From positions 1-64,000 of the forward strand of contig JABANN010000083.1 of the NCBI GenBank assembly GCA_013115125.1: a stretch of 64,000 nucleotides of DNA, written 5' to 3'. The stretch's first letter is position 1; each line of letters begins with the position of its first letter. Positions 1-12,247 of this stretch are shown in pieces. The notes beneath the pieces were generated by a model, which was given only the letters and a program-made list of their open reading frames with translations, was not told the DNA's origin and made no database searches. The DNA comes from Perkinsus olseni (taxonomy: Eukaryota). The position numbers and the translations under genes were made by a program.

Positions 1-1059
1 TCTATACGTTTGGTTGCTTCTGAGTTGCAGTACATCTTTTGGGTCGGGTTCACTACGCGAGTAATCCTGACATGGTGTGTGCGGCCCGGGCGAGCGCGAA
101 AGTTTGTGCAGGTTGTGGCACCCGATGACTGGCTAGCGAGCTAGTCGTGGCGTAATATATGGAAGCGTTGGTGGATGTGTGAAGAAGTGTTAGAGCTCTT
201 TCCCATCGCTCTCATTCCCTTGACGTTGGGGGACCCGGAGTGGCTCGGGGTTTTGGAGTTTGATGGTCTTGACCTCATCTCCTTTCCCTAGCTACTCCCG
301 GGTCTGCATTCGCGAATCCGGTCTCGAGGAGGTGTCCCCTCTCGCGGGTTCTGGTTTCGCGTATGCCTCTCCCAACCTCAGCGTCTATGGGTGTCCCGCC
401 CTCAGAGATCCTTCCACCGCCAACCGCCATTGAAATTCATTCCCGGGCAGCATTGCGTTCTACAACGGTTTCAGCGACGTGACCTTGTCGAGTGCTGATG
501 AGCCGTGACACGACATGATGGATCCAATTTCACATCGCTAGATCGATATTGAGAAAAGCTTTCACACTTCCATGCAGCCCCCGCTTCTAGGTCGTCAGTA
601 AGCCATTGCGTCCACGTTCTTGAAGACCATGATTCGCTCTCTCAATCGTGCAGAATCGGACATGCTACGGACCCAACCCAGCAGACAGTCGTAGCGTGAC
701 GCCACACTTCAACGCACAACGAAAAATAGAAAACTCATATGCCGAGATGGCCGCCACGTAAAGCAGCCGTGCGTTCCCTTGGAGCGACTCTGCTACCATC
801 GCTCGTGGGATTTTCTTCTTTGCTCAGGGTCGCTATCGGCGGTGGCAAATACCTGGCACGGACATAAACTTCATGCCATAGAGCGGCTCCACGCATGCGC
901 AAGGCACGGCGCAGGCAGCGCAATGTGCTGAGCGCATGCGTGCCCTCCGTGATCCGGTCGGTTCGGAAAGGCCTTGTTCTGCTTAGCTTCAGTCGCAGGG
1001 TATTAGGCAGTAGGGCATGGATTCTATTGCATGCATGAGTAGTACAGACTGAGCGTCTC

Positions 1060-2170
1060 GGGATAGGGTTCAGATGGGGGGGGATTCGGGTTGAGGCGGA
1101 CTAGTACTGGGACCACCGAGCGTACTCTTCTTTGTCCCTCTGCTACAGATATTTTGTTAACTTATGGTGACGGCGTTCGCTATGAAATGGGTTCCACCAT
1201 CTGTTGAGTACGATGATAACGAGCTTTACTTGGCCGCTAATAGTCCACTGCGTCCCGCATCCTCCTCATCGTCCGGCGTCACCAAAGAGCACTTCTACAA
1301 GACGAAACTCTGCGTCTTTCACGCCCTTCAAGGACGTTGCATACACGGTAACAACTGTACCTATGCCCACGGTATGGATGATCTGGTGTCAACGGATGGT
1401 TTGCTGGTGTCTCCTCCTCTTCCTAGTGGCAATTGTAGATTTGCTGGTTCAACTGCAAACGAAACTGAGATCTACAGTGATCTTCCACCGAAACTCGGGT
1501 TGGCCGACATCCATGAAGGAGAGGATCAGTATGGTTCACGGAGGTTCCGCCGTCGTCAATCACCTCGCTCGTCCAAGACTCCAAGAGCAGGTCGAGATGG
1601 ACGGAGAGCTTTGAGGCGTGCAAGACCAAAGCCATCTACAGGAAGACCATGGAACGCCCCGCAAATTCAAGGGCTTCTACCCGCTGAAGATTTACTTGTC
1701 GGATCTCGCTCGACCCTTGGCGAGGAGAGTCTTCTTTCTCACACTTCTGCCTATCCCACAGGCAATGGTGAGCTCACTGGCAGCTACATGCATGAACTGT
1801 TCCCTGGTAGGGAAGAAGGTTCTCCAGCTGCTGCTCATAATGCCGAGCTCTCTCGAGGTGGACATGTTACATCAGAATTCTTGGTCGAAGTTCTGCAGCT
1901 GCTCGACGACTGCTCTAGGCCTCGCTAGCTTTACTTATGGTCAAGTGATCGTAGCTTTCACTGGTATTCTACCATAATAATAACATCGGGTAAAGATTGG
2001 CGAGCTGTGATTTATGCGCTTAACGCAACCTGTACTATTGCCATTCGTTCCGGCCGGGCCGCTAGCAGTACTTTTGGCCCCCCTCTGGGCTACGTTGTTT
2101 ATGTTTCGTTATTCCACTCAAGTAGCCCTCCATATCTCATCGTCTTATGTCAACAGGCTGATAAGTTGTG
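1060..2170 (+). repeat. Segmental duplication of the CCCH locus, paired with ~4834-5950
   Basis: Near-identical sequence at ~1096-1320 and ~1700-1975 versus ~4875-5098 and ~5475-5750; identity decays outward. Confidence 0.9.
1164..1928 (+). CDS. Single CCCH zinc-finger protein (copy 1), intronless
   Basis: 254-aa ORF with FYKTKLC-x8-C-x5-C-x3-H (YKTKLCVFHALQGRCIHGNNCTYAH), the TTP/ZFP36-type lead-in and finger. A pyrimidine tract plus CAG (1146-1148) lies just before the ATG. Confidence 0.85.
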   Translation: MVTAFAMKWVPPSVEYDDNELYLAANSPLRPASSSSSGVTKEHFYKTKLCVFHALQGRCIHGNNCTYAHGMDDLVSTDGLLVSPPLPSGNCRFAGSTANETEIYSDLPPKLGLADIHEGEDQYGSRRFRRRQSPRSSKTPRAGRDGRRALRRARPKPSTGRPWNAPQIQGLLPAEDLLVGSRSTLGEESLLSHTSAYPTGNGELTGSYMHELFPGREEGSPAAAHNAELSRGGHVTSEFLVEVLQLLDDCSRPR

Positions 2171-4088
2171 CGCTCTTAATTCCGTACGCGGCAACTCAGG
2201 CAAAGTGGGGCCCTTGACGATTTAGGCCCTCCTGTCTTAGAACAGCAGTAAGTATATTTGAGCCATTCCCGCTACGCTTACTATTGTCATTTTTCCTGCC
2301 TCCAGAGCACATCGTCAGTAGATTAGGTTTTGCTCCGCATGCCTGAGAGCCCGAATCGATGTTGCGAGGCATTTATCTGTTCGACGCCCGGACTCCGGTC
2401 ATCCAAGGCGGTTACTGGGCTTGGTAGCTGTTTCCTCCTTTCACATTGCTAGGGCCTTGAAACCCGTCATGGGTTTGCTTCCGCAAGCTAGACACGAGGT
2501 CCGGGTAGTTGGTCTCGATGCCAGAATTTTACAACCTTCACATTTTGAAATGATACACTCTTTCTCTGGTCAACAAGTTGGTAGTTGCTTTCTAGTTATC
2601 TTAAGGGTGAGTACCCGTATCCTATGATAATAGCCTTCATGAGTGTTGCGAGGGACCGAACGAAACTCGAGGCCGTTCACTGACTGACGAGCAAAAAGGG
2701 GTCGATTCGATTTGCCATATGACGTGAGAACTGTAAGACTATCCTGGACGCAAAGGCACGCCGCCCTTCTTTTAGACCTTCGCATCGCCGTGCCGACTCC
2801 TACACCTCAACGAAGATTCATTCGGCTTGAGTGCGATCAAATCCACGTTAATGGGTCGAGGAGTCGCATCGAAGAGGGCCTCAAAGAGGTTCATGCCGCG
2901 ATCACCCACCCTTGCGCGAAAGCGGTATCGCCAGTGTTCCAGAAGTGACATGCTGCTGAAAGGCATATGACTCTCGCGCAACTAACACTCTCATCACCAG
3001 TGGATCCTTTCACACCGGTCTCTCGTGACCAACCTGTAAATCTGCAACTATCAGAAGCGCAGCTATGAGCTGCTATGGCCGACCGCTCTCACCCTGCGCT
3101 TGAAGGGGGGCACAACTTCTTTGATGTCCGCGAGCCGACGAAGAATGTCTGCCTCGCTGCTGCGTCTTCGTCAGCTTGCCGCGATCTTATCCTGGCGCGA
3201 AATAGATGAGTGCCTTGTCTGGCACTATAGGGGCACATGCCCGTCCCACATAACTCAAGATCGCTCCTTTCCCGTTTGAATGTTTGAATTCTTGTGAACG
3301 TTATCATCTGCTGATTCGGCGGTAATTTCGGCGGCTTTTCACCTCTCACTCGCTACATGGTCCTTGACGAGGGAATGAGGCCACTATGCTATTACGGAAA
3401 TCAGGGCGACATGAGGGAGCACCCAGATACTGGCCCGGTACTCCAATTGCTCAACCTGTCGTTCTCACACCGCGAGACATGGTAACCTCATTTTCGCATG
3501 TCGCGACTTCTTCGCAGCAGACCGTATATTCGCTTTGGGAGTCGACGTCGAGTATCCCTATCGAGCGTCAGTCTTGCGTTGTTATCATTAGTTCTGTTCG
3601 AAGGTCGAGGTAGATTCCTTGGCAAGCTTCGATGCTACGCTGGCTACCACTGACAGCCTACCAGTGACTAACTTAGGTCTTGTGCCAGGGAAGTGTGCGC
3701 ACTATAGAGACGACAAACTCCCATCGCTGCTGAGTACCCCCCCCCCTTGCTCTTTGTGCGCCTTTGTTCGCTGTGCGTCCGTAAGTCCCAGCTGACGCAT
3801 GCGTTCCTCGTCATGCTCTCGAACATACATTCACCCGGGATCCTCAAAGAGATCAGTTTACTCGTACTTTAAGACCCGTCTCAAATAGCCACACTCTACT
3901 GAGTTATAGTGCATGTGTGACTCGGGTGAGTCCTGGTCCAGGGAGTCAGCACGCAGGCCGTGGGCCTCCACGACTCCTGGACATCCGCGGCCTGCGTGCT
4001 GACTTCGGGACAGGAGGTTCTTCTTTGAGGAGCAAGAAGTTTCCTGACAACTCGCATGTACTCGCCGGAGCTCTAGAACCTTTTCAGA

Positions 4089-4435
4089 AATACCTCCCAA
4101 GGCGAAGGACGCATCAAGAACGAGACCCTCATTGTTACCAAGCGAGGTTCGTCTACGGCGGCCTAGATGCATCGCTGAGCTGCTGGACAGAGGACTTCAT
4201 GCTCCCTGAGGTGTGCTGCACCGTACGCAATCACTACCGCGGCTCCTACGCCTGTTAGGAGCACTTCGCCCTGGCCAGCAACGTCGAGCAACATCGCACT
4301 TTTGAGAGATGCTGTATGGCTGTCGACTCTACCAGGCGGTTCCGTAATCTCGGCGACGCTGTAGAGACATTCGCCTTCGACCACAGAGGAGGATGGATCA
4401 GACGCGACTGAACAACAACCGGGCCCTATCTATAG
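4089..4435 (+). pseudogene. Disrupted duplicate of the Cys-rich gene at 10934-11644
   Basis: Aligns with 11273-11644. TGG has become TAG (4256-4258) and TCA has become TGA (4409-4411). A second homologous block at 3537-3653 matches 10439-10555. Confidence 0.8.
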
Positions 4436-4941
4436 TGGAATAGTTTTGGGTTCACCATTATGATCTCGAAGATACGTTTCGGTGCTGACGACGGGATTCA
4501 AAATTGTTTGGTGAAGCTAGCGTGGTTGTGCGCCGGCCATCAGCGAGTAGGTTGGTAACCCGTGCCGACCTGGACATCAACCAGATACCCCGACCTGAGC
4601 GGGCGCATCAATGCCCCTCAACTGGGGGCTGCACCATAGCTAAACCCATACGAGATCGAACGCAAGGCCCTGAATCAACCGGAATCCTTGGCCCGGAATG
4701 GGGGCACGCACGCATGCGCAAGGCAGCGACGTATGCGTGCGAGAACCATGAACTCCGACGGGGGCGTCTCGGAATTCGTGGCCGTACGCGACGGATCTGA
4801 CACTGTACAAGCCACACTGTGGATGAGTGGCCCGGGATAGGGTTCCGTCAGGGGGTAGGGCTCAGGCAATCAGGCGGACTAGTGCTGGGACCACCGAGCG
4901 TACTCTTCTTTATCTCTCTGCTACAGGTATTTTGTTAACTT

Positions 4942-5703
4942 ATGGTGACGGCGTTCGCTATGAAATGGGTTCCACCATCTGTTGAGTACGATGATAACGA
5001 GCTTTACTTGGCCGCTAATAGTCCACTGCGTCCCGCATCCTCCTCATCGTCCGGCGTCACCAAAGAGCACTTCTACAAGACGAAACTCTGCGTCTTTTAC
5101 GCTCTCCAAGGGTATTGCATACACGGTAACAACTGTACCTATGCCCACGGTGTGGAGGATCTGGTATCAGCCAACGCGTTGCTCGCTTCTCCTCCGCTCC
5201 CCCCTTGCTGGAGCAGATTTGCTGATTCAACCGAAGGCGAGTCTGAGGTCTGCAAAGCTGGACTTTCGGCACCCAGGTTGACCGAATCCCAGGAGGGGAA
5301 TCAGAGCGCTGCAGGGTGGTTCGACCGCGGACAGCGATCTCGCTCAGCTGAGACTACTGGAGCAGGTGGCACTGAACAAAGAACTTTGGAGCTTTCGAGA
5401 TCGAAGCCATCCTCAGGAAGGCGATGGACCACCCCGCAAATTCGTGGGCGCCTAGCGGCTCAGGATCTGCTTATCGGATCTCGCTCGACCCTTGGCGAGG
5501 AGAGTCTTCTTTCTCACACTTCTGCCTATCCAACAGGCAATGGTGAGCTCACTGGCAGCTACATGCATGAACTGTTCCCTGGTAGGGAAGAAGGTTCTCC
5601 AGCTGCTGCTGATAATGCCGAGCTCTCTCGAGGTGGACATGTTACATCAGAATTCTTGGTCGAAGTTCTGCAGCTGCTCGACGACTGCTCTAGGCCTCGC
5701 TAG
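4942..5703 (+). CDS. Single CCCH zinc-finger protein (copy 2), intronless
   Basis: 253-aa ORF containing YKTKLCVFYALQGYCIHGNNCTYAH; paralog of 1164-1928. Confidence 0.85.
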   Translation: MVTAFAMKWVPPSVEYDDNELYLAANSPLRPASSSSSGVTKEHFYKTKLCVFYALQGYCIHGNNCTYAHGVEDLVSANALLASPPLPPCWSRFADSTEGESEVCKAGLSAPRLTESQEGNQSAAGWFDRGQRSRSAETTGAGGTEQRTLELSRSKPSSGRRWTTPQIRGRLAAQDLLIGSRSTLGEESLLSHTSAYPTGNGELTGSYMHELFPGREEGSPAAADNAELSRGGHVTSEFLVEVLQLLDDCSRPR

Positions 5704-6630
5704 CTTTACTTATGGTCAAGTAATCGTAGCTTTCACTGGTATTCTACCAACACAATAACATCGGATAGGGATTGGCGAGTTGTGATTTATGCGCTTAACG
5801 CAGTCTGCACTATTGCTATTCGTTCCGGCCGGGCCGCTAGAAGTGTCCTCGATCCCTCTGGGCTACGTTGTTTATGTTCCCTTCTTCAGTCCAACTAGCC
5901 TCCTGAGTCTTATCGTCCGCTTTCAATGGCCGGATAATATAAGTTAGTTGTATTCTCTCCCTATGTGGCAATTGTGACCGGGTCGGGTCGTCATCAATAG
6001 AAGGCCTTTCTACCCTTCTCTTTTTTTCATTTTTTCTCGTTCGTTAAGGTCTTATTCTTCGCTCTTCGTCTCTCATCATTGATAGCATAGGTTCTAGTCC
6101 GTACACTTCAGTCAGGCTCAATGCTCAGAGCGGCACTCACTATAGCTTCGCCGAGACCGGATGCCGTCCACTCAGTGGATGGTCTCCCTTGTAGTCTCCT
6201 CTCACATTGAAAGATAGCCCCTGACTATTCTGTTAGAGTCCTGCACAAGCCCTTTGTGGGTTTTGTAGGATTTGCAGGATTCCAGAAGTGTCGGTGATCA
6301 GATTCTGGCAACTGTGGCGTCCATTGTTCGGATAAGAAATTATCTTCTACTCGACAAGCTGCGAGTTGTCTTTTAGCGGATGTTAATTCGGGATTCGTCT
6401 TTCCGAGAACTGCTCGTCGGTTTGCGGGAAGTCGTTCCTCGGGCGATGGCTATTGATCTCGCTTAGAGACCGATTCGCGGAATTCATTATACTAAAGCTC
6501 ATTTTTAGGGCCGATTTAGCCTATAGTCGATTAGCTCTTTAAATCGGTATTAGATTCCCGTTGGTGTCCGATTGGCGCTAACGGCTCCCTCGAGTTGAGT
6601 GAGTTAGAAGTTCTGTCTTTCAGTTGAGCT

Positions 6631-7359
6631 ATGAATCTCTTTTCGGTCAGGTCGCCGCCGCAGCCTTCGTCACCTTCTCACGCAATCGAACGGCGCGGCT
6701 CTGGTCGAAAGGCGAAGCTCTGCGTTCACCATTTTCGCAACAGTCACTGCGTCTTTGGTCGGAGGTGTAAATTTGCGCATACTTTGGAAGATCTGGAAAA
6801 CCAGGATGCTCTTCTGGAGAATCCCACACGGACGACAACACCCGAGACAGCTTTACTTCTACCCACAGGCTTATGCGTGGAACCGGGGGATCGCGGTATC
6901 AACCCGCTCTTCTCTCCGCCTGGAATACCTGGTGAAGGTCCTTCGCCTCCTCTGGCCGGCCTCTTTGTCACTTATGGTCGCTCGAAGTGCTCTCCATTCA
7001 TCTTGGAGCGACAACGACAACAACAGCGGCAAGAAGTACAGCAACACCGACTTCAGCGGCCGATGTGCTCTGAAAAACCTCGCTCGGAGGCGTCGACACT
7101 CGATTTGCCACGTCGAACTTCATCGCTGCGCGATGTGGGAGATACTCCACTTCGTCGACTGAGCAACTTGAGACGGGAAGATATGCCGGGAGATGGGAGC
7201 CCACTTTTAGGCGAGGTTGCCGCCGAGGGCTACTCGTTCTCTGGGACAAGGGCAGAGAGTTCGGAAAGGATTGACGATGATGATGATGACGAGATAGTCG
7301 CGGAAATATTCGCCTGTATCGAGAAGATTAATCTACTTGATTCGTCTTTTGGGACTTGA
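6631..7359 (+). CDS. Divergent single CCCH zinc-finger protein (copy 3)
   Basis: KAKLCVHHFRNSHCVFGRRCKFAHTLEDL has C-x8-C-x5-C-x3-H spacing. Size and N-terminal finger position resemble the other two; TTCTGTCTTTCAG precedes the ATG. Confidence 0.8.
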   Translation: MNLFSVRSPPQPSSPSHAIERRGSGRKAKLCVHHFRNSHCVFGRRCKFAHTLEDLENQDALLENPTRTTTPETALLLPTGLCVEPGDRGINPLFSPPGIPGEGPSPPLAGLFVTYGRSKCSPFILERQRQQQRQEVQQHRLQRPMCSEKPRSEASTLDLPRRTSSLRDVGDTPLRRLSNLRREDMPGDGSPLLGEVAAEGYSFSGTRAESSERIDDDDDDEIVAEIFACIEKINLLDSSFGT

Positions 7360-9159
7360 TCCCCATTATTGTGGTCACTTTGTGATTGGCGCGGCGTTAT
7401 TGCCGTTGCAGCTTCGGAAATGCTGGCGATACCTATAAAAGGTAACCAATTTTTCACCGTTTATTGTATTATTAAAAGTATTTGATTTACGTGGGTTGGC
7501 GTGAGCTGCTATCGGCACATTATCCAGTTCACATGTACTTCCGTACCACGACATTCATCTTGGCATCACCTACATGCCTTATTCGTTTCATTCTCGTATG
7601 CGTTAAGATTCACGCCCGCAGTGAGTCCGTTCGCAGTGTCATTCAAGCTCGGCGATGTAATGCCGGAAAGCCTATGGGGCGAGACCTTCGAGAGCACCTG
7701 TCAGTGCTTGCGAAGGACGCTTCTCGCCCCTGTGAGCGTGTATGGCAAACTCATTTCGGTCTTTTGTTTCCCTCTTTTCGTTGAAGATTCCTCATCAGTA
7801 ATTGTAAAACTTGATTGAGGAGATGGATACGAGGTCACTAATTGTATCCATTTCGAAAGCTATCTTGAGTTACTAGTAGCCGACAGATAGCTTGTGAACC
7901 ATCCTCTCATCTCTCCTCTTTAGGATCAATCTGGGTGAGCAGAATCCGGTCCATTCGAGGCGATGCCACCAGGAGGCCCTTCCCGTTTTTAGCGAGGTGA
8001 GTCATGAACTACGCGAACGTGCTGTGACGAAAGTGCACTGTGAAACTTCCGTTTCACTGTTCCATGCCGATGATGTGTACGGTCCTCGCAGTACGTAAGG
8101 TGTTTGAAATTGGTAACGTACGAGTTGACAATGTAACGGTGTACTGGTGGACGGAAACTAGTGGACCAGGGGAGTGTGTCGCTGTGGGCCCCTTTTCAGC
8201 AGTTCATACTGAAGCCTCTCGAATGCCGTCGAGAAACGTGGTTTCGTGCGGACCGAGGTCCAAGCTACGATGGAAGGGAACAGTTGACCATTTTTGGCAT
8301 CTCTCATCGATCTTACACTCGCACCTGTGAGTGTTGTGTTACGAGTGGCGCTGGTTCAGGGTGGCCCAGTGCGCGGAGAGCCGCCCTCCTTCTTGGAGAG
8401 GATCTCTAGAAGCTTCATTCCGCTTGGAGAGGGATCTCAAACCAGCGTGATCTCCCTAGGATAATGTTCGATTCATTTTCCCCAGGGGCGTCGACTGCGT
8501 AGCTTGTCGATGAAAACTTCTCCTCAATGACTGTCCCTTTTTCGGCACCACCAGAACGAGCGTTTGGCCGATTCGACAATAACGACCATAAAGTTGTTCA
8601 TGATTATCCGGTAGGCTTCGTCATCGGCTTAGATCTGCTACGTCATCGACCGAATCAGGAGATCATCTCCGCAGCCCCAGGCCGTGTTGAACAGCCTGAT
8701 CTCGAATACGCTGGATTGTATAAAAGTCAACAGCCTCTGAAGGAGTCACGGAGGTGCCATTCCTTTGGGCGAGCTTCGCGAGGGATCTTCTGTCAGAAGT
8801 CGCCATCTGGGTAGAGTGGCAACAGCTGCCGTCGCGCTTTTGTCTCTCTACACCTTCCTCGATGCCAATAAGGCGGTGATGGTGTATTGGAGCTACAGCG
8901 CTCGCAGTCCCGAGGAGAGGTAGATGGGACGCCTCCCAGATGGGCATCGTCGTTCGATTCTACCAGTTCATGTGAGGGAGCTCCTTAAATCTCCCTTTGA
9001 AATGCATCAGGCCGATTTCTAATTAGTTGAGTGAGAGGTCGAGGGCGTCGACACCACCTGTCGCGTCGTGGCCAACTCGGGAGGCCTCGGTTGCAGCTGT
9101 CTTTCCCCGGGGTCGATAAACGGAAGATTATCATCGTCAGTTAAGAGCCCTCATCCGCT

Positions 9160-10424
9160 ATGTAGGTACTCAGCAGGGTCACTTGTCCTCGCGGAGAATA
9201 TACTCTCCCTCGTGGCTTCCGTGGGCATATCCTTCGCGTGCCTTGGCCCAAGCCAGTGCCGCTCGATGTGGTCTACTCAGTATTTCTTCCGACTCGTCCC
9301 CAGTGCTCTGTGCTTCACGCTGGCACGAGTGAGACGATCAATTTTGCGGCGCGTGACGGACAGTTTGGTCTCTCAGATTCTGGGCATGCGGGCCCTCCAG
9401 TACATAGACGCCGGCACATTGAAGGTGATGTCCCAAGCCGCCCTTCCCACCAATGCAGTCCTCTCTAGCCTGCTGATGGGCACCAAGTCGGTGGTGGGAA
9501 CCACGCGCTTCGGCGAGCTCTCACCCGTCTTTGTATTCCTGGCTACTGACGTCTCTCCTTCTTGGACTTCGAAGACTCCTCCTGGTCCGTGACAGGCCCC
9601 CTGTCCTTTGAGACGATCTCAACACTTGCATATTCAACGGCCAGGAGAGGCCTCTGGAGCATCCCAACGCACGCCACGTACCTCGCTTCCGTTGAAACGC
9701 ATCGTCCATGCAGGCCTGGAAATCACCTCTCTCACACTCGTGAAGAGTAGCTGGCGTCTTGTCCATGGGCCTCGCGGATGAGCGAGGAAGATCCATTCGC
9801 TTATGTGCAGATACTCGTCCACACAGTGGCAATGCCTCTTCCTCGTTTTCGTTACTACAGCCGGTTTCTACGAGATTCGAGTATCAGAGGACCGCGAGTT
9901 GACAAGAATCAGTCAGGGGCTGCCTCTCTTCTTAGCGACATTATTATTCACCAGCCTCGGTGCCGTCTACTCTGAGAAATGTATCAAAGCTGGAGGCAAT
10001 GCTCCCTTTTATCATCAGAAAGTCAGCTCAGCTCACGCCCTTCACGCCAGTCCACTGTACTTTGTTTCAGGCCATGCTGTCTTTGGCAAGCTGTCTCTGT
10101 GTGGGGCTCCTCCTGGGCATGGCCCCTGTGATTGATGGTGACGCTACCCGCAAGTTAGATCACCTTTTTGATCACTGGGATGGGCGCACCGTTGTTGCTC
10201 TCGTGTCCTGGACCCTATCCAGTTGGACAGCCGGCATCGTCGTCAAGCGGTTGTCAGTTGTCCTGAAGAACGTCGCTCAGTGCGTAGCGATACTGATAAC
10301 ATATTTTGCAACTAACATTTTCTTGCTCAACGAGATCCCTTCGTTCGCTACTGTTCTCCTGGCCTGTGCGGTACTGCAATCATCGGTCATGTACGTTTCG
10401 ACTATACTAGCTAAAAATAAGTGA
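9160..10424 (+). CDS. Nucleotide-sugar transporter (SLC35A-like), multi-exon; 5' end uncertain, may extend to ~8527
   Basis: Exon peptides ALQYIDAGTLKVMSQAALPTNAVLSSLLMG, FTSLGAVYSEKCIK and AGIVVKRLSVVLKNVAQCVAILITY match SLC35A-type motifs; several hydrophobic segments. Confidence 0.75.
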
Positions 10425-10933
10425 CAACGACAGGTGACGGGAGTCGACGTCGAGTATCCTTATCGAACGTCAGCCTTGTGTTGTCATCATGAGTTCTGTT
10501 CGAAGGTCGGGGTAGATTCCTTGGCAAATCTCGATGCTACGCTGGCTACCATTGATCAACCTATATCTTGTGGCAGCGAAGGGAACGACTCGCGTGCGTC
10601 CAGGAGATCCGCTGCCTGCTTGCGCACTTCGAAACATGAAAGTCCATTCGCTGAGGAACAAGACGTTACCCGTCAACTCGGATATACTCGCCCAATCACC
10701 GGGACTATGCGCTCGGATTTGCGGGGAGTAGCCGTTGCTGATTTGAGTCTGGCCAACAACGAGACCTCTCAGGTACGATGCATCTTGCGCGTACTGGAGC
10801 GTCCAACTGTCCCGTCTCGTATCGTCAATCCACATGGAAGACAGCCCAACGATGTGCATCATACATTTGAAGACTCAGCAGACTCGACCTGTAGGTCTCG
10901 ACCGTCGCCTTCCCCTTCGGCTATCTCACCATT

Positions 10934-11644
10934 ATGACTCAGTTTCATTTCGCCTTTCAGACCTTGTGGTGGACAAGCCATCGGCCTGAGGAAGGCGTTG
11001 TTAGCGGTCATGCTGGTTGCCTTCACGATGGCCCCCGATGGCCAGAGTGCTCCCGGAGCGAAGACGTCATCGCCTCTCACGTTTCACCGCTCCTCATCGA
11101 TGCGTCGCGATTCGACATCGGAATGTCCCCTCAATGCCGTAACGGAGACTGCACCCTCACCGACACAATGCCAACTACGACAGTCCAGCTATGCGCAGCT
11201 ATTTGCCACTTCTCATTGGCCTGCACGCTTTGGGTATTCGACTCGTCGACGGAACTCTGCAATCTCTTTAGGAATACCTCTCAAGGCGAATTTCACATCG
11301 ACAACAAAACTTACGGCGACCCTCATTGTTACCAAGCGAGGTTCGTCTACAGCAGCCACTATGCAGACCACCTAGATGCATCGCTGAGCTGCTGGGCGGA
11401 GGATTTCATGCTACCTGAGGTGTGCTGCAGCGTACGCAATCACTACCGCGGCTACTACGCTTGTTGGGAGCACTTCGGCCTGGCCAACAACGTCGAGCAA
11501 CATCGCACTTTTGAGAGATGCTGTATGGCTGTCGACTCTACCAGGCGGTTCCGTAATCTCGGCGACGCTGTAGAGACATTCGCCTTCGACCACAGAGGAG
11601 AATGGATCCAACGCGACTCAACTAGAACCGGTCCCTATCTGTAG
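10934..11644 (+). CDS. Hypothetical protein with Cys-rich C-terminal domain (CW..F....CC / CW...RTFERCC); probably spliced, start uncertain
   Basis: The C-terminal ~110 codons are conserved in the duplicate at 4089-4435 and contain two CW-x(n)-CC units. Confidence 0.6.
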   Translation: MTQFHFAFQTLWWTSHRPEEGVVSGHAGCLHDGPRWPECSRSEDVIASHVSPLLIDASRFDIGMSPQCRNGDCTLTDTMPTTTVQLCAAICHFSLACTLWVFDSSTELCNLFRNTSQGEFHIDNKTYGDPHCYQARFVYSSHYADHLDASLSCWAEDFMLPEVCCSVRNHYRGYYACWEHFGLANNVEQHRTFERCCMAVDSTRRFRNLGDAVETFAFDHRGEWIQRDSTRTGPYL

Positions 11645-12247
11645 GGGAATAGTTTCGCGTCCGCCATGATGAGCTCCGACCGCTACGACTTCACAGCGAC
11701 GTTGCATAGCAGAACCACCGCATGAGCTGAGGTTCGTATGAAAGAAGTCGATACTTCTCATCTGAGTGCACTCATGAAATGGTTCGAGTTCTAGTGGTTG
11801 TCCACGCTGTTTGTGAGCTTCTAGTTGCAATAAGGCTTGAAAAGGCAGTGCATCCCGTTGAACTCTGCGGCTACACGGCCCCAGCCGGCGATCCGCCCAA
11901 AACGCGGAGTGCGTGAAAAAAACTTCTGTGAGGATCGAACTCCGTACCTATGGCGTCAGAGCTCACCACCTTCCCCCTCGACCATTCAATCACAATATCC
12001 CTTGCGGATGATTGATATACTCTCCATCGGATTCCGCCTATCACGTCGCATGATCGTCGATTGATCAGTCACGAAGGGCGCGTTGGGGACGGCAGCGCTA
12101 AGCTGGATGCTCCATGATTTCTACTAAGCCTAGCACACCCCTACCACTGGAACGCGACAGTTGGCACAGTTCACATCGTTACGGCAGCTACACTGCTGCC
12201 GTGGCACTGCCACGGTGGCACAAATGACTGGTATGCTCTATAACGAG

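Noticed and set aside
12199-12215. 8-bp inverted repeat near the WD40 stop as a terminator
   Set aside because: Short enough to arise by chance, and intrinsic terminators are not expected in this genome.
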